Source of the DNA: Nannocystales bacterium
GTDB lineage: Bacteria; Myxococcota_A; Polyangia; Nannocystales; Nannocystaceae
Reading direction: 5' to 3'
DNA: 64,000 bases
NCBI GenBank assembly: GCA_050633305.1
Contig: JBOEGF010000010.1
Location: 96,001 to 160,000, forward strand
Both the position numbers and the translations under genes were made by a program. The notes under the pieces are model-generated. The model did no database searches. It saw only the letters and a list, made by a program, of their open reading frames with translations, and was not told the origin of the DNA. Shown piece by piece: positions 58,654 to 64,000 of the stretch. The stretch's first letter is position 1. Every line of letters starts with the position of its first letter.

Positions 58654-60597
58654 GTGCGAACTTGTCTGCTGATCCTTGGGATCGCCGGCGCCGCATCGTG
58701 CGTGCGATTCGACGTGTTCGCGTGCGCCGAGGACAGTGACTGTGTCCTCAACGGGCTGAGCGGATCGTGTGCCGAAACGGGATACTGCGGCTTTCCTGAC
58801 CCCGATTGCCCCGCCGGACTTCGCTACAGCCAACATGCGCCGGGCAACTTGGCTGGCGAGTGCGTCGACGTCGCGGGAGGCTCCGAATCTGCCGGAAACA
58901 CGGGGGCGGAGACCAGCACCGGTGGTGAAACCCAGACGAGCGTCGCGACCTCCGACACGGATGCCGAAGGAAGCGGAGGCATCGAACCTTGTGTCGATGT
59001 CGACGAGGATGGGGTGGGGGTGGGGCCGGGGTGTGTCGAGCAGGACTGCGACGACGACAACCCTGCAACATTCGACGGTTGCGTCTATCTGGGCCCGAAC
59101 GGCGACGACGCGAACTCCGGTACGTCCGAGGCGCCCTGGCGAACCTACGCCCACGCGATCTCGCAGCTTTCACCGGGTGCAAGCTTGGTCGTGCTCGACG
59201 GTCGCTACCTCGAATCCGAGGTGGGTACGCCTTTCGCGGACTGTGAGGAAGGGGACGCCAACTCTGGAACGGAGCCGATGCCGATCTTCGTTCGGAGTGA
59301 GAACGACGGTCAGGTCGTGATCGACCGCGAGGGAAGAGCCCACGGACTTGGCACCGACCAGTGCAGCCACTGGCGCTTCCGCGGGTTCTCGGTCGTCTCC
59401 GTCGACAATGCCCTGGATGACACCGGAGCGTGGCGTTCTCCGGTGGCGGTTTTCGGTGCGGAAGACGTGCAGGTGAAGAGGGTGGTTGTGCACCACACCA
59501 ACCGCTTCTTCAACGAACACGCGTTCATGATCGGGGGGGCGAGCGATGTCGTGGTCGAGGACGTCGAGTTGCATGACTTCTTCCGTTCGGGATTCTCGAT
59601 CTATGCCTCCGACCGGGTCACGTGCCGTCGCTGCTACGCGCATTCGCACGAAGTCTCTGACCTCGATGCGTGCCCTGACCGCCCGGACTGCGCAGACCCC
59701 GACGACCAGGACCTTCGCGGCACAACACCGTGCCCGATGTGTTCCGCGGGTAGCCCCGACCGAGGAGACAACTCGTTCTACGTTGAGCACAGCAACGATG
59801 TTCTGCTGGAGAACTGCGTCTCCGAAGGCAGCGCACGCGGGTACCAGGTCACCGGTGGGACTGGGCAGGACGGGGCCACTGCAGGTCGCAACATCCGAAT
59901 CGTGCAGTCGCTCTCGCTCGGCGACGATCGAGGCGTGGTCGTTGGACAGAACGCCGACAACCTCGCTCCTTTGGGGATGGTGATCGAGAATGTAGTCGTG
60001 CTCAACAGTGCGTCCACGGGGCTCGAGCTTCGACAACCCGACGACCTCGTCCTGCGCGACGTCAGCGTGATCGGGTCCGGGGGAGACGGCATCCGTGTGC
60101 CGCAGGCGGACGCGCCCGACTGTACCGGCGGTGAGTGCTCGGCGACCTTCGAACGGCTGCTGATCGAGGGCGCGGGCGCCAATGGCTTCAGCCTCGAGGT
60201 CGAGCCGCAGGCTTGGTCGCTGACCCACAGCAGCATCAACGGCGCCGAAGACATCTCCTTCCCCACACTCGCTACCGATGATCCCTTCGATCAGGAGGGC
60301 AATGCTCGGAGCAACATCGAGGGCAGCGCGACTCGAGTTGGGTCCGGCGACGGTGAGTGTCGAATCTACGTTCCTAGCGACAGCAACATGTTCGACCCCT
60401 TTGGGGACGGGAACTCGGTGGGGGCGAACGTCGTGGAGTTGATGCTGGACGGTGTACCCAGTGGCGCGCCGTTGTGGTCGAGCGATGGGAAGTTTCCATG
60501 CATCGACGAGCCTGTGGAACCAGCTCAGATCGCCGGGGAACAGTGCGGCGACCTGGCGGATCGTGTTGGTTTCTCAGGCACCTGCGAAGCTCCGTAG
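58654..60597 (+). CDS. Lipoprotein with parallel beta-helix (pectin-lyase-like) domain
   Basis: AASC lipobox; Cys-rich N-terminus; YL.PNG.D.NSGT..APWRT; beta-helix repeats. Confidence 0.78.
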   Translation: MRTCLLILGIAGAASCVRFDVFACAEDSDCVLNGLSGSCAETGYCGFPDPDCPAGLRYSQHAPGNLAGECVDVAGGSESAGNTGAETSTGGETQTSVATSDTDAEGSGGIEPCVDVDEDGVGVGPGCVEQDCDDDNPATFDGCVYLGPNGDDANSGTSEAPWRTYAHAISQLSPGASLVVLDGRYLESEVGTPFADCEEGDANSGTEPMPIFVRSENDGQVVIDREGRAHGLGTDQCSHWRFRGFSVVSVDNALDDTGAWRSPVAVFGAEDVQVKRVVVHHTNRFFNEHAFMIGGASDVVVEDVELHDFFRSGFSIYASDRVTCRRCYAHSHEVSDLDACPDRPDCADPDDQDLRGTTPCPMCSAGSPDRGDNSFYVEHSNDVLLENCVSEGSARGYQVTGGTGQDGATAGRNIRIVQSLSLGDDRGVVVGQNADNLAPLGMVIENVVVLNSASTGLELRQPDDLVLRDVSVIGSGGDGIRVPQADAPDCTGGECSATFERLLIEGAGANGFSLEVEPQAWSLTHSSINGAEDISFPTLATDDPFDQEGNARSNIEGSATRVGSGDGECRIYVPSDSNMFDPFGDGNSVGANVVELMLDGVPSGAPLWSSDGKFPCIDEPVEPAQIAGEQCGDLADRVGFSGTCEAP

Positions 60598-60636
60598 AGG
60601 CCCGCTCGATAGCCTTCAGGGGCGCTACGCGACGCC

Positions 60637-61563
60637 TTAGGAGCTGGCGTCCGCGATAGCGCTGGCCTTCGTCGGATTGGACCGGCTACGGACGATGATC
60701 GCGGGCGAGAGGATCTCTGCTTCAGCAAATGCGTCCATCACCCGCATGTTCACATCGGTTTCGAAGAGTTTTTCGTAGCGCGTATCCAGGACGTAGGCTT
60801 TCACACGAAGCCGAACCGCCAAGTAGTTCTCCGTGATGACCTGGTTGACGAGGACGACGACCGGCTTTTCGAGGAACGTGTACCGGCTGGATACGGCGCA
60901 CTCGGCTGCAAGTTCACGAGCACGTCGCACGTCCTGGTCGGGGGCGATGTAGAAGTCCATCGTGCACTGCATGTCCAGGGCGCCGTAGTTCCCGTTGGAG
61001 GTCATGTCGCTGAGGAACTTGTTGTTGGGAATCGTGACCGTGTTGTCGCCCAGGGTCTGGAGGCGAACCGAGCGAAGCCCGATCGCGGTGATGTCCCCGT
61101 ACTCCCCACCAAAAGTGATTCGATCTCCGACCTGGAAGGGACGGTCGATCATGATCATGATCCCCGCGATGAACGACGCGACCAGGTCCTTGATCGCGAA
61201 GCCGATCGAGACGGCGACCGTGCCTCCGATCAGCGCGATGATGCTCTCGTTGAAGTCGAAGCTCAGGTAGATGACGGTGAAGCCCGTTCCGACGTAGAGT
61301 AGGAACTGGGCGAACGTCGCGACCTTCTGCAGCAGGAGTCGCCGGTTGGGGAAACGCTGGCTGAGTCCGGCGACGGACTGCTTGAGAAACCGCATCGTGA
61401 TCGCGGTTCCGATGATCACGAAGACGGAGGTGAAAACACCACTCCACTGGATCAGACGCGCGATCTGGCCCAGCGCCTCCACATCGGGTGCGGCCTCCGC
61501 CAGCAGAGGCGACGGGAGAGCGAGAGCAGTGGTGAGGCTCGAGATTGTGGTGAGCGTGATCAT
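60637..61563 (-). CDS. Small-conductance mechanosensitive channel (MscS family)
   Basis: IGFA.KD..ASF.AG, RPFQVGDRI, IGLRS, TIPN. Confidence 0.92.
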   Translation of the reverse strand: MITLTTISSLTTALALPSPLLAEAAPDVEALGQIARLIQWSGVFTSVFVIIGTAITMRFLKQSVAGLSQRFPNRRLLLQKVATFAQFLLYVGTGFTVIYLSFDFNESIIALIGGTVAVSIGFAIKDLVASFIAGIMIMIDRPFQVGDRITFGGEYGDITAIGLRSVRLQTLGDNTVTIPNNKFLSDMTSNGNYGALDMQCTMDFYIAPDQDVRRARELAAECAVSSRYTFLEKPVVVLVNQVITENYLAVRLRVKAYVLDTRYEKLFETDVNMRVMDAFAEAEILSPAIIVRSRSNPTKASAIADASS

Positions 61564-61570
61564 TGGGGCC

Positions 61571-64000
61571 TCACAGAGACGAGAGCAGGTGTTGCCGTTG
61601 AAGGACGGTGGTGATGGTGCGGTACCAGGGCCAGGTCATCCGGTACCCGCCCTGAAACGGCTCGACGTAGCCCCGCGAGCTACAGAATCGCATCGCGTCC
61701 TCGACGTCTTTCGAAGGTAGCTGCGTCGCTCGTTCGATCTCGGGCAGCAGTGCGAGTTCCAGCTGGACGACGGTTCTCAAAACGAAGAGCTGGGAGAGGC
61801 TGAGTCCTTCGATCTCCTCCGGCGGTGGCTCCTTGAACAGACGCACCACGACCCCGCCCTTCTCGTCTCGAAACAGCGACTCGCGGAAGGCGTGCATCGC
61901 GACCGCGGGATTGCCCTTCGAGTAGTCCCACAGCAACCGGTAGTAGCTGGCCTCGGTACGGTCGCCCTGGTCAGGTAGTGGCTCGCTTTGCCGGGGCACG
62001 ACGAGACCTTCAAAGCTTGGCTCGATGCCGGCGGTTTCGCATTGGCCTTTGATCAGTTCGCCGAGCGTCTCCTCGGACCAGCCTGGAAGCTGGATGATCT
62101 GCTCGAACGACACACGGTCTCCACGAGCGCGCCGGATGTACTGCCATGCCGCCGAGCCAATCGTCACGACCCAGGAGATCCCGCCGCCGACGGCACGACT
62201 GAAGTCTGTGAAGGTGTCCAGGCCGCGCAGGCCGTTCACGGCTGGGACGACGAGTCGTTGCAAGTCGTCGACCACAACGACGCAGCGACCCAGGCCTCGC
62301 ATGGCCACGATGAGCTCTTCCCCCTCGGCCGTCGGCTTGCCCGCGATCTTCGCGAAATCCCGCAGAAGGGCGTCTGCACCCTCTTCGGGGCAAGATACGC
62401 AATGAACGTCGATACCGTCGACGGACTCCTGTAGACGCCGAATGAAGACGCTCTTGCCCGCGCCTTTCTCTCCAACGATCGCCGTCAGCGTACGCCGACC
62501 CGAACGGAGTTGGTCGGCGACACGCTCGAGTTCAGGGCTCCCGACGGAGTCGAGCAGTGGGTCGGGCACGAGCTCGGGGTCGAAGTGGGGGCGGACCTTC
62601 TTTTCGATCGGCCGATAGCGCTCGTCGGCCTCGGTTGCCGCGGCCTGCTTGGCAAGCTCTCGCCGGAACAGGTACGCGAGCAGACGTCGTGTGACCTCGA
62701 GACCCGAGAGCTGGCGCATGACCCACGCACCTGAGCCCATGGCAAGCAAGTAGCTGGCTCCGGCAGCGGCCGCAGGGAAGCTGCTCAGCCCCGAACGTTG
62801 GCTCGTCACCCAACGGGTGAACGCCGTCTGCTCCGGTCGTTCCCGGACGAGTTCGAAGATGATCGGCTTCCAGCGGTGAACGAGATAGATGGCGACTGGG
62901 ATGCTGAGGAACCAACAGGTGGAGAACACCCAGCTGTACAACGCACCCCGTCCAACCATCGCAGCGGTGAGCGCGAGGACCATCCCGACCGCGATGATGT
63001 TGGCCCCGACGACGCGCAGAGAGTGGATACGCAGGGCGGAGTTGTCACGGGTGGAGGCGGAATACAGGCGCTCTCGTGCAGCAAGTGCATCGACCAGCAG
63101 CACCGCCGCGAGACCGAGCAAGACCCATCGTGCGGCGATCCACAGCAGGTTGAGACTCGGGATGCCGGCGATGTCCTCGATGACGTACAGGAGCCCCCAG
63201 ACGACCGCCAGCACCACCAGCGGTCGCCGGATCCGGCGGAGGTACCAAACGGAGGAGATCGCGAACCGGACCGCGGGGGTCATCGGCCGCCGCTCTCGAA
63301 GTCCAGCTTCGAGCTTCTCGAGGATCTCCGTGCCTCGTCGACGCCACCAGACGAAGGCGACGATCAAGGCTGCCAGCTTCAGGAGTGCGAGGACGACCTG
63401 AACGGTGGAGTTGACCAACTCGTCGAAGAACTTCGCCCGGTGTCGGGGGAGGCTGTGCACGAAGAAGCCAAGCTCGAGCGACATCTGCTTGAACTCGCGC
63501 TCCGCTTGCTCGACGCCCTCGGCCCCGAAACTCGTGACCGCGCGACGAAGGCCCGGGCTGGCGAGGTCAAGCAGTCGCAGTCGTGTGTTGTTGAGAGCGA
63601 CGAGATCGTCCTGCGTCTGGGCGGCGAGTTCCCAGCCGATCTCTTCGGAGAGGGTCGAGAGTTGCTGCTCCTTCTTCGCGACCTCACCTCGGAGCGCTGA
63701 CACGTCCCCGCGGTCGGTGTTGGAGGGGAGCTCGGAGTCCAGCGGCGTTCCGACTCCGGGAATGCCGCTCTTGTCCTCGAGGCGTTCGAGGTCGCTGGAC
63801 AGCTGCGTACGTAGGAGGTCCAAGTCCTCGCGGATCGCCCAGTACATGGGGTCTGCCTCCGTGGCGACTTCGCTCTCGAACTTCGGGGACTCGGCGAGCG
63901 TTGTGAGTCGAAGGTTCCAGTCGAGGACACGGTCGTGGTCCTCGGCGCGCTCAACTCGACGGCGTGCGAGCGCGGCTTCGAAGTTCGCTTGTGTTTCCTG
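61571..64000 (-). CDS. Large membrane protein with C-terminal P-loop (AAA+-like) ATPase; 5' end beyond window
   Basis: Frame open to the window edge; coiled coil, about 7 TM helices, Walker A GEKGAGKS, Walker B VVVVDD, SKGNP, wHTH-like tail. Confidence 0.8.
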   Translation of the reverse strand, partial: QETQANFEAALARRRVERAEDHDRVLDWNLRLTTLAESPKFESEVATEADPMYWAIREDLDLLRTQLSSDLERLEDKSGIPGVGTPLDSELPSNTDRGDVSALRGEVAKKEQQLSTLSEEIGWELAAQTQDDLVALNNTRLRLLDLASPGLRRAVTSFGAEGVEQAEREFKQMSLELGFFVHSLPRHRAKFFDELVNSTVQVVLALLKLAALIVAFVWWRRRGTEILEKLEAGLRERRPMTPAVRFAISSVWYLRRIRRPLVVLAVVWGLLYVIEDIAGIPSLNLLWIAARWVLLGLAAVLLVDALAARERLYSASTRDNSALRIHSLRVVGANIIAVGMVLALTAAMVGRGALYSWVFSTCWFLSIPVAIYLVHRWKPIIFELVRERPEQTAFTRWVTSQRSGLSSFPAAAAGASYLLAMGSGAWVMRQLSGLEVTRRLLAYLFRRELAKQAAATEADERYRPIEKKVRPHFDPELVPDPLLDSVGSPELERVADQLRSGRRTLTAIVGEKGAGKSVFIRRLQESVDGIDVHCVSCPEEGADALLRDFAKIAGKPTAEGEELIVAMRGLGRCVVVVDDLQRLVVPAVNGLRGLDTFTDFSRAVGGGISWVVTIGSAAWQYIRRARGDRVSFEQIIQLPGWSEETLGELIKGQCETAGIEPSFEGLVVPRQSEPLPDQGDRTEASYYRLLWDYSKGNPAVAMHAFRESLFRDEKGGVVVRLFKEPPPEEIEGLSLSQLFVLRTVVQLELALLPEIERATQLPSKDVEDAMRFCSSRGYVEPFQGGYRMTWPWYRTITTVLQRQHLLSSL

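Noticed and set aside
61571..64000. ATPase as a STAND/anti-phage defence protein
   Set aside because: No nuclease, TIR or other effector domain is visible in the window; the multi-TM architecture and mscS linkage fit better with a channel-associated role

Overview
A GC-rich, densely coding chromosomal window. Gene content (Hanks-type Ser/Thr kinases, three ECF sigma factors, about 20 lipoproteins with Ser/Thr/Gly/acidic linkers, two DUF1592+DUF1552 pairs) points to a myxobacterium, probably Nannocystaceae-like; this taxonomy is inference. About 53 CDS are supported. No rRNA, tRNA, CRISPR array or IS element was seen. Highlights: (1) a 35.6-46.8 kb cluster (MDR dehydrogenase, non-QueD PTPS homologue, CDP-alcohol phosphatidyltransferase, flippase-like protein, stand-alone RibD reductase, sulfotransferase, LtaS/sulfatase-fold membrane enzyme, GT4) that reads as an uncharacterised pathway putting a GTP-derived headgroup on a lipid and the cell surface. 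(2) Two 'barrel-like exported protein + ECF sigma + TPR anti-sigma + lipoprotein' cassettes, one with sigma and anti-sigma fused. Each carries its own bipartite DNA motif, repeated with identical spacing before the sigma gene and before a downstream target (ATCACCC-N18-CTCT; ATAGAT-N12-GGACA). (3) Two kinase/TPR/Cys-rich lipoprotein modules, several haem/copper lipoproteins, a C2-domain lipoprotein and an MscS + membrane ATPase pair. All family calls come from motif recognition by eye, not database searches, and many start codons are best estimates.
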